Virus record (IMG/VR): IMGVR_UViG_3300033153_007973
Coordinates: 1-64,000 of that record
Length of the DNA stretch: 64,000 nt
DNA from: a virus
Direction: 5' to 3' (one strand)
Below the pieces are notes generated by a model. That model was not told the origin of the DNA. It saw only the letters and a list, made by a program, of their open reading frames with translations, and ran no database searches. This document shows positions 45,335 through 55,107 of the stretch, one piece after another. The position numbers were made by a program, and so were the translations under genes. Every line of letters starts with the position of its first letter. Within the stretch, counting starts at the first letter, position 1.

Positions 45335-45571
45335 TTATTCATGGCCTGTCTTATCTGATGGTAACTGTGTTGTATCAAGTACAGCTATTTTATGATCTGC
45401 GATGCCGTGAGTGTCCTCCCTGACGATCAGGACGTTGCCATTTCGTTCAACTCGCAGTTTTCCACCCTTCTTTAATATATTAATAGGTGTGTCTACTGCG
45501 CCTGATCGCTCCATCTCCTCGGCGATACCTTCTTCATCCAAGGATCCCACTTCAGGTACCAGATCTCCCAT
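45335..45571 (-). CDS. hypothetical protein
   Basis: 78-aa track ORF. Confidence 0.35.
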   Translation of the reverse strand: MGDLVPEVGSLDEEGIAEEMERSGAVDTPINILKKGGKLRVERNGNVLIVREDTHGIADHKIAVLDTTQLPSDKTGHE

Positions 45572-45589
45572 GTTTCTCTCCCTTCGATC

Positions 45590-46063
45590 TTAAGTTTTGA
45601 GTTCGTATTTTTCACAGAGGATAGATATGTTGGAATCGAGAGCCAGATTATAAATAGCTATTCCTCTGTCTGCTGCTAATCTCATAGCTTGGCCGGTGCC
45701 TCCAGTGGCAACACCATTGGGGGTCCAGCAGGTGATCATCTCACAGGGGGTTTTAAGGTCTTGCCCCAAGAGAATCATCATATTGCGCCCATGAAGTTTC
45801 TGGACATACGGTTTACATCGATCCCACGCAGGATGGAACTTGCTAGCCATCTCCACTGCTTCGATAGTTGCATCATCGGCCACGAAGATCTCACTCTCAC
45901 CACGATATGCATTGCAGCCATGTTCGAATGCACGATCAGCACCAATAGCATGTCCACTCCTCAGTGTCCAATTCTTCTCGGCTAACTGAGTAGCGATGTG
46001 TCTCATGGTATTGAGGATGTTGTCCGGTGTTGAACGAGCACCAATTCCGGCGTAATATTTCAT
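45590..46063 (-). CDS. DprA/Smf-like Rossmann-fold (SLOG superfamily) protein
   Basis: YAGIGARSTP...RSGHAIGADRAFEHG...TGGTGQAMRLA parallels the DprA Rossmann domain (IVGsR..P....SGlArGiDaaAH...tGGt). Confidence 0.5.
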   Translation of the reverse strand: MKYYAGIGARSTPDNILNTMRHIATQLAEKNWTLRSGHAIGADRAFEHGCNAYRGESEIFVADDATIEAVEMASKFHPAWDRCKPYVQKLHGRNMMILLGQDLKTPCEMITCWTPNGVATGGTGQAMRLAADRGIAIYNLALDSNISILCEKYELKT

Positions 46064-46296
46064 TTTCCCGCAGCCCTCCCTTCGAGTTCGAGGTCGACTA
46101 TCTTGCCCACGATGTCTTCAGCCTTGCCTTCCATCTGTTTGGCAAGTGCTTCGATCTCATCGATGTTCAGGGCTATTTCCCCTTTCTCGGGCACGTCTAG
46201 CATTTCCCTGAACTTCTTGGCCACATGTGTGAAGAGCTCGGCTTCGCCCTTCAGCACAGGAATTTGCTTGCTTGCTTCCTTGAGTGATTCATTCAT
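46060..46296 (-). CDS. hypothetical protein
   Basis: 78-aa track ORF. Confidence 0.35.
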   Translation of the reverse strand: MNESLKEASKQIPVLKGEAELFTHVAKKFREMLDVPEKGEIALNIDEIEALAKQMEGKAEDIVGKIVDLELEGRAAGK

Positions 46297-46679
46297 GGTG
46301 TTACCTCCATGTTCTCGAGGTCATCTAGGCTTGGTGCAGTTGCTTCCCAGATTCTCTCAGGTTCTACGGCCTTTTTGTCTATTGTATATTGGAAGGAGAT
46401 ATATAACTTTCCTTCCAAAAGATATGCGATAAACACACCAGAATATGGCCATTCGGGTATTGGTGGTTCGTGATGGAATGACCAGCATACGATGGCTTTC
46501 TTCTCACGTACCATCTTGGCCCACGGACTATTTGTATTGGGATTCTGTTCGTAGATATTGTGCTCTTTGCCCTTGAGGTAGTTGAATCCTCTTGAGCTAA
46601 CATCGTGTCTAGGAGTATGTGGCCCACGACCAAACACACCTAGCATAATGTTTTTCTGCTGCTGCTTGGTGAGGGTCAC
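46293..46679 (-). CDS. hypothetical protein
   Basis: 128-aa track ORF. Confidence 0.35.
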   Translation of the reverse strand: MTLTKQQQKNIMLGVFGRGPHTPRHDVSSRGFNYLKGKEHNIYEQNPNTNSPWAKMVREKKAIVCWSFHHEPPIPEWPYSGVFIAYLLEGKLYISFQYTIDKKAVEPERIWEATAPSLDDLENMEVTP

Positions 46680-46841
46680 AAATGACCTCCTAGGCTTTGG
46701 TGAAGAACGCTTTCAGGCGCCCACGGATCGTTTTCTTCCGACGAAGTTTACCAAAGGCAGTGATTCCGGCGCTCACGCCGGCCACGGCCAGTAGTACACT
46801 GACGATAATGATTTTCATGGGTTCACCTCCTTGTTATGAGA

Positions 46842-47624
46842 TTAGTAATCGGTGCGAATAACGTTGAATTCTCCCTCTGTTATAACAAGAGACGTTAATA
46901 CACCATAAGCACCAGTGCTCTCGTTCACTGTAGCCGTGAATGTACCCTTAATTCTCTCTCCAGGTATACCAAATGACGTAACGATGATTTGAATAGCACC
47001 AAGACCAGCGGTTCCGTTTGCTACATATGCTGGATCTGGTTGGTATGTATACTGTAAGCCAGCAGGTGTATACCATACTTGTATTCCAGCAACTGAATAG
47101 TTGTATGTTCCAGTACTGAGCGGAGACCACGATAAATGTATATCATCATTGCTAGTCTCAATAATGATGGTTATATTGGGAGAGATACATGCACTTGATG
47201 TTGCTGTTGCTTCGTATGATGTACCATTTATCTTGTATGTACAGAAAGCATCTGGTTCAACTGGAGGATCTATAGGATCATCCCCAGGATCATCACTGGG
47301 GTCATCACCAGGATTATCCCCATCTGAATTATCGATAAGTCTGAAGTTGGCAGTGATGGTTTTATTCTTGGTCATGTAAATACTGATTGGGTTGGTTGTT
47401 GATGCAGTATCACCAGTCCACTCCCAGAATTCATACCCTGAATTTGCAGTAGCTGTGATCTTGACACTGATACCTTCATCATAGGGACCCGATGAAGGAT
47501 CATGCATCACGAGTCCACCATTTGCGGGTTCAATGGAGGTTTTGAGTGTATATTGATCTGGGGAAAACAAACCGCAACCACTTCCAAGATAGAGTGCTAT
47601 TAATAACAGGCTAAGTTTCTTCAT
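46842..47624 (-). CDS. putative lipoprotein with Listeria-Bacteroides repeat (Flg_new-like) domain
   Basis: Signal peptide MKKLSLLLIALYLGSGC; a GYEFWEWTG motif; a proline/aspartate-rich linker. Confidence 0.5.
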   Translation of the reverse strand: MKKLSLLLIALYLGSGCGLFSPDQYTLKTSIEPANGGLVMHDPSSGPYDEGISVKITATANSGYEFWEWTGDTASTTNPISIYMTKNKTITANFRLIDNSDGDNPGDDPSDDPGDDPIDPPVEPDAFCTYKINGTSYEATATSSACISPNITIIIETSNDDIHLSWSPLSTGTYNYSVAGIQVWYTPAGLQYTYQPDPAYVANGTAGLGAIQIIVTSFGIPGERIKGTFTATVNESTGAYGVLTSLVITEGEFNVIRTDY

Positions 47625-47750
47625 GATTTTTCTCCTTGTTATGGGTTAGTGTTGAATGTTGTCATGATTCATTCTTGTATGCAATACCGAGTCCCACGAA
47701 CATGATAAGGTCGAGAGCAATACAGGTAAATATATACCATTCAGTAGGAC

Positions 47751-48119
47751 TCATACCTCTATCTTCCTTTCGATCATGTGGTCATAAATCATGCCCGTTA
47801 CGATTTCCATATCATCATCATCGCTCACGGGCAGTTTGATTCCATCGATCATGATATATCCTCTTCGTGCTTCGAAGATAGTGATCTCTTTGAATTTGAC
47901 CATAAGAGATTCCATAGCTTGAAGGGGTCCTGTGCGTTTACGATCTTGTTCCTTTCCTTCCAGTCGAGCCACGAGGGTTCGAAGACTATCTGTCATCGAG
48001 GCACGCAGGAACATAGATATAATAGCTTGGCGAAACTCTTCAACAGATTTAAAGTCCATAAACGTAAGAGAGCGACTCGATTCACATTCGTCTTTACCAG
48101 AGCATTCATCACAGTTCAT
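47751..48119 (-). CDS. hypothetical protein
   Basis: 122-aa track ORF. Confidence 0.35.
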   Translation of the reverse strand: MNCDECSGKDECESSRSLTFMDFKSVEEFRQAIISMFLRASMTDSLRTLVARLEGKEQDRKRTGPLQAMESLMVKFKEITIFEARRGYIMIDGIKLPVSDDDDMEIVTGMIYDHMIERKIEV

Positions 48120-48574
48120 TTGGAGTTCCTCCTTTTCTTTTGGTTAGTGGGCATCATTCCATCTGTCTCAGATAGAAACTTGCCCATCTCTTCCTTGATT
48201 TCGCGGGCCACTTCTGCACCTTGCTTCATTGACAGTTCAAGCATTTTTATGATGTGCTCCCGTTTCTCCACTGTTGCTATTCGGTCGAGCAGCTGTTCTA
48301 TTATGAATGCGAGCATTACTGGATCTTTATCCTTGATCTTTCTATATATAGACGCTACGACCTTGGTTCTGGGAGCTGGATACTTGATCATGCCTGTTTT
48401 GTGTGCTTCTGACGTAGCTGTAGGGTCTCCTACAAGAGCTTCCTCAGCTTCCTTGGCTCTTTGTTTATAGATCTCAGATGTAGATACAAAGATGCTCTTA
48501 ATGAGCTTTCTCATGTCTTTTTCTGGGATGCCAGTGGCTTTACATACATCAGGTTCTTTGAGATTTATTCTCAT
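48116..48574 (-). CDS. hypothetical protein
   Basis: 152-aa track ORF. Confidence 0.35.
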   Translation of the reverse strand: MRINLKEPDVCKATGIPEKDMRKLIKSIFVSTSEIYKQRAKEAEEALVGDPTATSEAHKTGMIKYPAPRTKVVASIYRKIKDKDPVMLAFIIEQLLDRIATVEKREHIIKMLELSMKQGAEVAREIKEEMGKFLSETDGMMPTNQKKRRNSK

Positions 48575-48585
48575 AAAGATGTCTC

Positions 48586-49071
48586 CTAGAATAGGTTCTC
48601 CTTGATCTCTTTTCTGACATGCAGCCCCTCACGGATTTCCATCAGGATACGGCCCAGCATATTCTCTCCATGCATGGTTGTCAAGTCCTTTCCCCAGAAT
48701 ACGTCATTCCAGGTATTACCCTCGATGAGTTCTTCTGTGCCGGTTTTCAGCAGCATATTTGCTAACTGGGGCTTGGAGAACTTCTTGCGAACCAGCATCC
48801 GCATGATGGTTACTCTTACTTCCTGCCAGTCACTACGTAAGCTGACCTGCCGGCCGGCACGCTTGGCCTGGCCTGGTGAGGCTAGGTTGGATATTCTTAC
48901 TCTCTCTTTGATATCAGGGGTTTTACACGCCTGAAACGCATGCTCTACAGATGGGTAGTTCACACCATCGTGCACGAGTGTTGTTGGGAAGAAATTACTC
49001 AGAAAGAAGTGGCCTCCCTGGAATATCTTTATCATGTTATTTCTCCTTCTTGAGATATGCTTCTTCTGCAT
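48586..49071 (-). CDS. NADAR-domain (YbiA/DUF1768-like) protein
   Basis: FQGGHFFLSNFFP...YPSVEHAFQACK matches the YbiA/NADAR core (FFxxLSNFxP...SvEHyfQa.K). Confidence 0.65.
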   Translation of the reverse strand: MQKKHISRRRNNMIKIFQGGHFFLSNFFPTTLVHDGVNYPSVEHAFQACKTPDIKERVRISNLASPGQAKRAGRQVSLRSDWQEVRVTIMRMLVRKKFSKPQLANMLLKTGTEELIEGNTWNDVFWGKDLTTMHGENMLGRILMEIREGLHVRKEIKENLF

Positions 49072-49237
49072 CCAGGCACTTATCTATTCTGTGGAAGCCG
49101 TCCTTAGGTCTGGATCCTATGGATGTAAGCCATCGTCTTGCCAGATCGAATTGGGTGCACACGGGACCGCTTCCCTTTTCACAGTTACCACAGTGAGTAC
49201 CATTTAGATCAGGATTGATCTCGATAGTTATCTTCAT
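49037..49237 (-). CDS. hypothetical Cys-containing protein
   Basis: 66-aa track ORF. Confidence 0.3.
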   Translation of the reverse strand: MKITIEINPDLNGTHCGNCEKGSGPVCTQFDLARRWLTSIGSRPKDGFHRIDKCLDAEEAYLKKEK

Positions 49238-49238
49238 G

Positions 49239-49436
49239 TTATTCCTCCGTGAGTTCGATTGTGAGAGGATGTTGATCCGTTAGTAACATGGCTCCAATAA
49301 TGGATGCTCTCACCATTTGGGGTGAGGGTCCGCGCCTAAGGACCACAGCTTTGTGCACGCTTCCGTCTGAAGATCTCCATGTACATGTGGCTTTGTATTC
49401 CTTGCCTTCCCGTCCGAGAAATTCTCTTAGCGTCAT
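49239..49436 (-). CDS. hypothetical protein
   Basis: 65-aa track ORF with SD AAGGAG upstream. Confidence 0.35.
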   Translation of the reverse strand: MTLREFLGREGKEYKATCTWRSSDGSVHKAVVLRRGPSPQMVRASIIGAMLLTDQHPLTIELTEE

Positions 49437-49441
49437 GGCTA

Positions 49442-49912
49442 TTACTCCTTATGGGGGTCGAATAAATCCGCTATGGATGCGACATCAGGGTAGGGTAATG
49501 GTGGTGGTCGTTGTGTCATAGTATCTTTGAATGAGCATAGAATAGAATACCGATTGTCATCGTGCATTCTGTCAGAGTCATGAATATAGTGTTTGCACTT
49601 CGTGCATTCATTTGCGCCCACTTTGTTTAAATATATGTATGGGCACTGTGTCATACATGCTCCGCTCACTCTTACGAGATAGTATATCTCTTCTGCCATA
49701 TCATGTCTTCTCCCTTTCTTTTGTCCTAAGATCATGTATGACCTGATCCAGGAGTTTGACCAGTCCTTGTGCGGATTCGAGTGAGAGTATAATCTCTTTC
49801 TTATCGTTGTATTCAGTAGTAGATCCATCACCGATAAATATGTTTGCCTCTCCGGTATTTGGTGTTTGGTCATCGAGATTATATCCCACGGAGATAGTAC
49901 GGTCAGCCTCAA
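49442..49912 (-). CDS. Cys-rich hypothetical protein with C-terminal IADLFDPHKE tail
   Basis: LFDP-family member; the tail encodes the downstream SD. Confidence 0.45.
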   Translation of the reverse strand: MRLTVLSPWDIISMTKHQIPERQTYLSVMDLLLNTTIRKRLYSHSNPHKDWSNSWIRSYMILGQKKGRRHDMAEEIYYLVRVSGACMTQCPYIYLNKVGANECTKCKHYIHDSDRMHDDNRYSILCSFKDTMTQRPPPLPYPDVASIADLFDPHKE

Positions 49913-49976
49913 AAGTCTGTGTTATCGTTTCGCGTTTAAGCATGGTCATTCTCCTTATATGGATCAAATAATTCAT
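49701..49976 (-). CDS. hypothetical protein (likely true start MTMLKRE near 49946)
   Basis: Track ORF; an SD AAGGAG precedes the internal ATG. Confidence 0.3.
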   Translation of the reverse strand: MNYLIHIRRMTMLKRETITQTFEADRTISVGYNLDDQTPNTGEANIFIGDGSTTEYNDKKEIILSLESAQGLVKLLDQVIHDLRTKEREKT

Positions 49977-50289
49977 CCACTGATTTGATTCGACTCTTCC
50001 AGTGACATATTATAAACTTTTGATCATAGTTTAGGTATCCTCCAGCATGAGGACATATATTAACACACCATATGGATCCTATGTATACTAGATGGTCTAT
50101 GTCAATTGGATGATGTGAACATGTTCCTTTCGTTTCTACTTTCGTGTCCATATAGTTACATTGTTGTGTTTCTCCATGGGTTTCAGGCATGGTCTGACTT
50201 CCTGAGGGGTTAGCCCTCCATATCCAATACCAGGATAGTTTAGATGATACTGTTGTTTGGGATTGTCTTGTGCTATTTTGGTTAAGCAC
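49936..50289 (-). CDS. Cys/His-rich hypothetical protein with C-terminal SVDELFDPYKENDHA tail
   Basis: LFDP-family member. Confidence 0.45.
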   Translation of the reverse strand: MLNQNSTRQSQTTVSSKLSWYWIWRANPSGSQTMPETHGETQQCNYMDTKVETKGTCSHHPIDIDHLVYIGSIWCVNICPHAGGYLNYDQKFIICHWKSRIKSVDELFDPYKENDHA

Positions 50290-50672
50290 TCAGTAGAGTA
50301 TTTAATAAGTTCTAGTGTTGATGGCTGCTTATAGTGCGTCTTGGTCTGGAAGATGCCAGCATCACCACGTCGTGATGTGCTGTCCCATTCTTTATCATTG
50401 TCTATTGGTTGTAGTATTAATGTTCCATAGATCCCCATGGAACCACACGATTCTCGTATGGTCTTACCAGCTACTTCTGGTAGCCACCAGAATGTGTTAC
50501 GGGCTTGGAGCGCTGCACCTGCGCCCATAACAAGACAACCATTAGCAAGCACGATGGAGTTTGTGGTAACGATAATGATCTCGTTTTCTGGTACATAGAA
50601 CATGTTACCCTTTCTAAAGTTCATATTTATTCTCCTCGTTTTGTATAATGCTAAAATTCGTGATATTTCCAT
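50136..50672 (-). CDS. macro-domain protein (ADP-ribose binding/hydrolase)
   Basis: IVTTNSIVLANGCLVMGAGAALQ and NYPGIGYGGL match macrodomain signature blocks. Confidence 0.7.
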   Translation of the reverse strand: MEISRILALYKTRRINMNFRKGNMFYVPENEIIIVTTNSIVLANGCLVMGAGAALQARNTFWWLPEVAGKTIRESCGSMGIYGTLILQPIDNDKEWDSTSRRGDAGIFQTKTHYKQPSTLELIKYSTECLTKIAQDNPKQQYHLNYPGIGYGGLTPQEVRPCLKPMEKHNNVTIWTRK

Positions 50673-50937
50673 CTTGTCTCTCTAGTGTCCATAAGAAGTG
50701 TCCTCGAGATATCCGAGTTTTGTGATCCCATCTAAGTGCAGCTAGAGGCCTGAGTCTGTGTTTTTTGTTTGTGATGGATCGTGCTTCAATATAGATATCA
50801 ACAATGGTTGCTGGTCTTTTGAAGATGTGGTTGTCATCGATATCACGTGAGCCCACTTTAACATAGAGCTCATTGCACATACACATGACTCGATCACCAG
50901 CTTGCCAACCTGTATCGTTGGTGTGGTAGTCTTTCAT
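50614..50937 (-). CDS. hypothetical protein
   Basis: 107-aa track ORF. Confidence 0.35.
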   Translation of the reverse strand: MKDYHTNDTGWQAGDRVMCMCNELYVKVGSRDIDDNHIFKRPATIVDIYIEARSITNKKHRLRPLAALRWDHKTRISRGHFLWTLERQDGNITNFSIIQNEENKYEL

Positions 50938-51224
50938 GTGATTTCGTATCCTGTGACAGCTTCACCTACGACAACTGAATTTCCAATCCAGAATGTCATT
51001 GGCCGATCGTTTCTGCCAGATCGAATAAGCTCTTTAAAGCACTCGAGCTCTTCAGGGCTGTAACACACGGCACATGCGGTAAATGCGCCGTTGTCCACGA
51101 GTACCATGAGACGTTCTCCTCCGCTGAATTCTGCGGTGATGAAGTCACTCATCTTAATCTGCATGGCATTCTTCTCGAGCCATTCTTCTTTGGTCATGTT
51201 CTTCGGATTGATGTAATCTCCCAT
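50934..51224 (-). CDS. hypothetical protein
   Basis: 96-aa track ORF. Confidence 0.35.
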   Translation of the reverse strand: MGDYINPKNMTKEEWLEKNAMQIKMSDFITAEFSGGERLMVLVDNGAFTACAVCYSPEELECFKELIRSGRNDRPMTFWIGNSVVVGEAVTGYEIT

Positions 51225-51580
51225 GTTATTCCTCCGTTATATTAAAATATCCTGTGAGCCAAGAAGCTGGCTTCGACACTTGCTGAGTAGTACTCCGATA
51301 CGCAAATCTCTTCTCCCATTCCTATCATGGATACTAAGGTGTAGGGGATTATTGCGTGACTCACACTCGGGATGGTTCGGCGAGGACACGATAATCAAGC
51401 TGTGTATCAAATCTCAATAAGCTCCACCTCTTCTCAACTCACAAGATATTGTATACAATAAAATGAGACGCTGAACCATACTCACATATTAGTAGACAAT
51501 GAGTCCTCACAAGCACTCTCGCCATAGAGGTGGATGGGTCAACGCCTCTGATCTTATGTGTATATAGCTTTGCCGGATTC

Positions 51581-51883
51581 CTAATCGGTTACCGGTCGAG
51601 GTGCGCCGATTCCCTTACTTATATTAAGATATTCTGCTATCACGTGACCGTGGCAAGCTTTTGGTGAACAGTAACATACGATATGTTTCCCTCGTAGTTC
51701 TGATACTGCCTTAAAGAATGTAGTATCATTGCGCATTCTTTCATGAAAGTGTTTCTCGAACTTCTCGATAACTTGTGTTCTGTCTCCATCCTTACCTATT
51801 ACGTAGGGATTACCATAGGGAGAACCACGGCCGATATATACGTCTCCAGGTTTCTTGTCCTTAATGTGACCTACAGTTGTCAT
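51581..51883 (-). CDS. small conserved protein (GSPYGNPY...CYCSPKACHGHV motif)
   Basis: The pattern recalls a DUF4326-like family; the assignment is unverified. Confidence 0.3.
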   Translation of the reverse strand: MTTVGHIKDKKPGDVYIGRGSPYGNPYVIGKDGDRTQVIEKFEKHFHERMRNDTTFFKAVSELRGKHIVCYCSPKACHGHVIAEYLNISKGIGAPRPVTD

Positions 51884-52149
51884 GATTTCTCCCGATGTGG
51901 ATCGAATATCTCATCCATTGTAGGTTGAGGTAGTGCTGGTATGTGTTGTGTTCTCTTGGCTTCAGGATAGTGACAGTAAACTAAACCTGTGATGCTGATG
52001 TCGGTTGCGCGAATTACTTCCTTACCGTCGAAGCACTTACAGGTTTGACATCTTATCGAGCTTACTCTACATGGTTGGTGATGTGGGCATGGTGGATTAG
52101 TTATACTTGATGTACCATATACTTGCACTGTATATCTATGTGTATGCAT
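51880..52149 (-). CDS. Cys-rich protein with C-terminal PTMDEIFDPHREKS tail
   Basis: LFDP-family member. Confidence 0.45.
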   Translation of the reverse strand: MHTHRYTVQVYGTSSITNPPCPHHQPCRVSSIRCQTCKCFDGKEVIRATDISITGLVYCHYPEAKRTQHIPALPQPTMDEIFDPHREKS

Positions 52150-52157
52150 ATTTCTCC

Positions 52158-52358
52158 CTACGTAGGCAGATCATTCCTTATTCGTTCATTGGTGATCTTA
52201 TTAGTACCTGGCTCACGATCATATTCATACCATATGCCAGGCTCACCGTCTGCTGATTTGCGTACTTCCTGTTCACTGTTGGCGAATGAGAGTATGGTGG
52301 CATCATCTGTAGTTCCGCACTTTGCGCGTTCGTCGTAAAGAATATAGTATTTCTTCAT
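52158..52358 (-). CDS. hypothetical protein
   Basis: 66-aa track ORF. Confidence 0.3.
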   Translation of the reverse strand: MKKYYILYDERAKCGTTDDATILSFANSEQEVRKSADGEPGIWYEYDREPGTNKITNERIRNDLPT

Positions 52359-52750
52359 GATTCATCCTCATTTTTGATCTTGGATAGAGACTTGCGTGCT
52401 CTGTCCACGAATCTTTCTTGGACATTGTCAGCACGAATTTCTTCTGCTTCTGCTCGGTTCTTGTCCTCGAGGTGGCGGACTTCGTCGCCACCACCCTTGA
52501 TGTCGGATTCATTACAGTATTCCACGAAGCGATCGAAGCAACGCTTACATCTCTGAAGATGATTACCTATGGATTGAATTCTGCTCTGTGACATAGTAAT
52601 TAATCCACAGAGCTCATCGTCAGTAGGGTGTCCAGATATATCTTTGATGGGTAACATTGTTCCTCCTCTGGTAAGTAAGAGACACGAGCCGACATCCTCC
52701 GGGATATGCTCCCTTCGCCAGATTTGCATCTGGATCAGCTCATGTCTCAA
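52355..52750 (-). CDS. hypothetical protein, possibly with a sigma-70 region-4-like HTH
   Basis: DELCGLITMSQSRIQSIGNHLQRCKR loosely resembles region 4 (TLEEIG...SRERVRQIE..AL.KLR). Confidence 0.3.
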   Translation of the reverse strand: MRHELIQMQIWRREHIPEDVGSCLLLTRGGTMLPIKDISGHPTDDELCGLITMSQSRIQSIGNHLQRCKRCFDRFVEYCNESDIKGGGDEVRHLEDKNRAEAEEIRADNVQERFVDRARKSLSKIKNEDES

Positions 52751-52960
52751 TTATTTACATGTGAGCTTATAAAGAAGGCACGATGTTGCTTCACGTCAGC
52801 GGGCATCTCCGGCCCAACAAGTTCTTGAGGCAGCGCGCTCATCTCTGAGTGAAGGACGGACATCGTGCCATGTTGCCATTATTTATGCGAGACATTAAAA
52901 AGAAGACACGAGCGTCATTTACAGACACTCGTGTCTATTGGATTCAGTCAGGAGGAAGTT

Positions 52961-53575
52961 TTACATCGCGATATCGTCACCTTTCGCAGATGCTTTCTTT
53001 CCGTTCTTGGTTTCGACTGTGGGTGCACCTTGTGTACCGATCTCGAAGAGCTCGGACAGTTTCGTCATGTCCTTGGCGCCCTTCTTTGGCTCGAAGATGT
53101 GACCATAGTCGAAGTTCTTTGTCTCGTTTCCGACGAGCTTTCTGCCGTCGAAAGTGTGACCCTTCTCGCCCAGGTCTCGAAGGACATTCTCAGTGGCCTG
53201 CATGAACAGGGCTGACACACTGGCATTCGAAGAGAAAGCTGCATCTTTCGGCAGTTCTTTCGGACGTCGGTTGATGGGGACCAAATCGTTTTGATCCGTC
53301 ATCGAGCCGAGAATTCGAACTTGGGTTTGTCCCTTGTTCTGTCCTTTGGAGAATGTGACCTGCCCGAGTGCCAGCCGATAATAGGCACCCATGACTTTCT
53401 GGCCGGAGATTTCGGCGCTGATCCCGACCGCAATAATGGCCCGGAGGATTCCGCCTCCGACGGGATAAATACGCAGGTCCTTGATCTTTGCCCCGAACTG
53501 CTTGAGAACATCGTAAGGGCTTACATCCTGTGATGTGGTGGTACGCTTCGTGAATTTCATTGTGGTATCAGACAT
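52961..53575 (-). CDS. hypothetical protein
   Basis: 204-aa track ORF. Confidence 0.4.
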   Translation of the reverse strand: MSDTTMKFTKRTTTSQDVSPYDVLKQFGAKIKDLRIYPVGGGILRAIIAVGISAEISGQKVMGAYYRLALGQVTFSKGQNKGQTQVRILGSMTDQNDLVPINRRPKELPKDAAFSSNASVSALFMQATENVLRDLGEKGHTFDGRKLVGNETKNFDYGHIFEPKKGAKDMTKLSELFEIGTQGAPTVETKNGKKASAKGDDIAM

Positions 53576-53673
53576 TTAACTAGACCTCCTTAAGGTCGTT
53601 GAGGGATATGAACTGAGTGGCTCCTGACCGAGTCTCATAAAAGATGCGAACTCTCAGTTGAACATGATAATGG

Positions 53674-54000
53674 TTACTTCTTCTTTCTGATCTCAAGGTC
53701 TTGCTTGATAGGCCAGACCTTGAGAAGCCAGGGCTCGGTAAAGATATACGTAGCGAAGATAGCAGAACCCATAAAGTTGGAGAATCCGGCCACCATACCA
53801 CTACCGATAAACTCGACAATGCCCATGGATAATCCCCAGTTCACACATATAGCGATGAACTTATGCTGCATTATCGCTTTGCGGACCGGGATATACCATC
53901 TGATGAACTTAACCTCGAATGGAAGCGCTCTATATACGCTGATACTTATGAACGCTACACCGAGGGATAAACAAACGGCGAAAGTCATAAACATACTCAT
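53674..54000 (-). CDS. hypothetical membrane protein
   Basis: Three hydrophobic segments; SD AAAGGAGG upstream. Confidence 0.45.
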   Translation of the reverse strand: MSMFMTFAVCLSLGVAFISISVYRALPFEVKFIRWYIPVRKAIMQHKFIAICVNWGLSMGIVEFIGSGMVAGFSNFMGSAIFATYIFTEPWLLKVWPIKQDLEIRKKK

Positions 54001-54038
54001 AGAATGCCTCCTTTCAAATGAGATGCGAAATCATGGTA

Positions 54039-54284
54039 TTAATTATACATACCATTCCTTTTATTGCACTGTATTCTTTTCTGCTCTTCGCGTAGCCATT
54101 TTGTCCATTTCGGGATAACATATATGAATACGACGATAGCTCCCGCCACATGGCACAAACCTATAAAGATACGGATATTGCTGTTCCCGGCAATGAAATA
54201 CCTTAATGCGAAGAACACATTGGCGATTATGACTACGTATCCTGCCATAATCATTCTTTTTACGTTCGTTATGTTTAATTCCAT
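54039..54284 (-). CDS. small membrane protein
   Basis: Start trimmed to MELNITNV within the track ORF 54039..54425, avoiding overlap with the upstream gene; two TM segments. Confidence 0.35.
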   Translation of the reverse strand: MELNITNVKRMIMAGYVVIIANVFFALRYFIAGNSNIRIFIGLCHVAGAIVVFIYVIPKWTKWLREEQKRIQCNKRNGMYN

Positions 54285-54288
54285 AATA

Positions 54289-54597
54289 TTACTCCTTAAT
54301 CTTCCAGATGGGGGCAGATACATGTCCCGTCGAGACTGTCCGTCCCGTGTCCTCGAATACACCAGTGGCATATGCCACACGTGCAACAGCCTTATTCTCA
54401 CTCCAGTTCTTGATAATGACCTCATTTTCGGCCAACACCGACTCAGGAATATTCACAGTCAGCGTAGCAAAGGGTTCGCCATCATCATTCTTGATAAGGA
54501 TAGTAATGCGATCACCCTGTAAGTAATGAGAGGTCTCGAAGTGTACTTTCTCGCCGAACAATTGGAACGTAATATTCTTAAGAGTAGTTAGGTTCAT
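54289..54597 (-). CDS. hypothetical protein
   Basis: 102-aa track ORF. Confidence 0.4.
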   Translation of the reverse strand: MNLTTLKNITFQLFGEKVHFETSHYLQGDRITILIKNDDGEPFATLTVNIPESVLAENEVIIKNWSENKAVARVAYATGVFEDTGRTVSTGHVSAPIWKIKE

Positions 54598-54748
54598 AGT
54601 ATTACCTCCTCCAGAATGTAAGTAGGATAGAATAAAAGGGCCCAGTCAATCTAAGTATGTTGCATACATATCCCGAGACTGAGCCCCAGCTAGCTTTATC
54701 TTTGATACTCCAGAGGGTACACGGAGTAGGGTATGAGTATTGAATGAA

Positions 54749-54766
54749 TCCAATAATAATGCGAAG
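54749..54766 (-). promoter_or_regulatory. Variant copy of the repeated promoter-like motif
   Basis: Plus strand CCAATAATAATGCGAAGC, about 150 nt upstream of the gene at 54597. Confidence 0.3.
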
Positions 54767-55107
54767 CTATCATATGAATAGAGGCATTGTATGCTATCTA
54801 TACAGGGTGACAATAAGGTGTATGTTATAGGGTATGAGAGTGTAGTGATTCCAAAACACCCGAGTCATACCGTATTTATACGGGTAAGTATTACGAGGTT
54901 AGACGAGCTATAGCGCTGGTATATGCTTGGTGAGCATATTATGCGTATAGCATGTTAATCTCGAGTCATGAATCGACCTTGACGGCTATTCATACGTGCT
55001 CGATTTTCATTAGAGCACTGTTATTGCGTGCTCGCTCTGCTCGCACTTGGTGCTACTATATAGTTAGAGAGAGCGATAGTGTTCTGTTTTTGTATAAGTA
55101 GAGGGTT

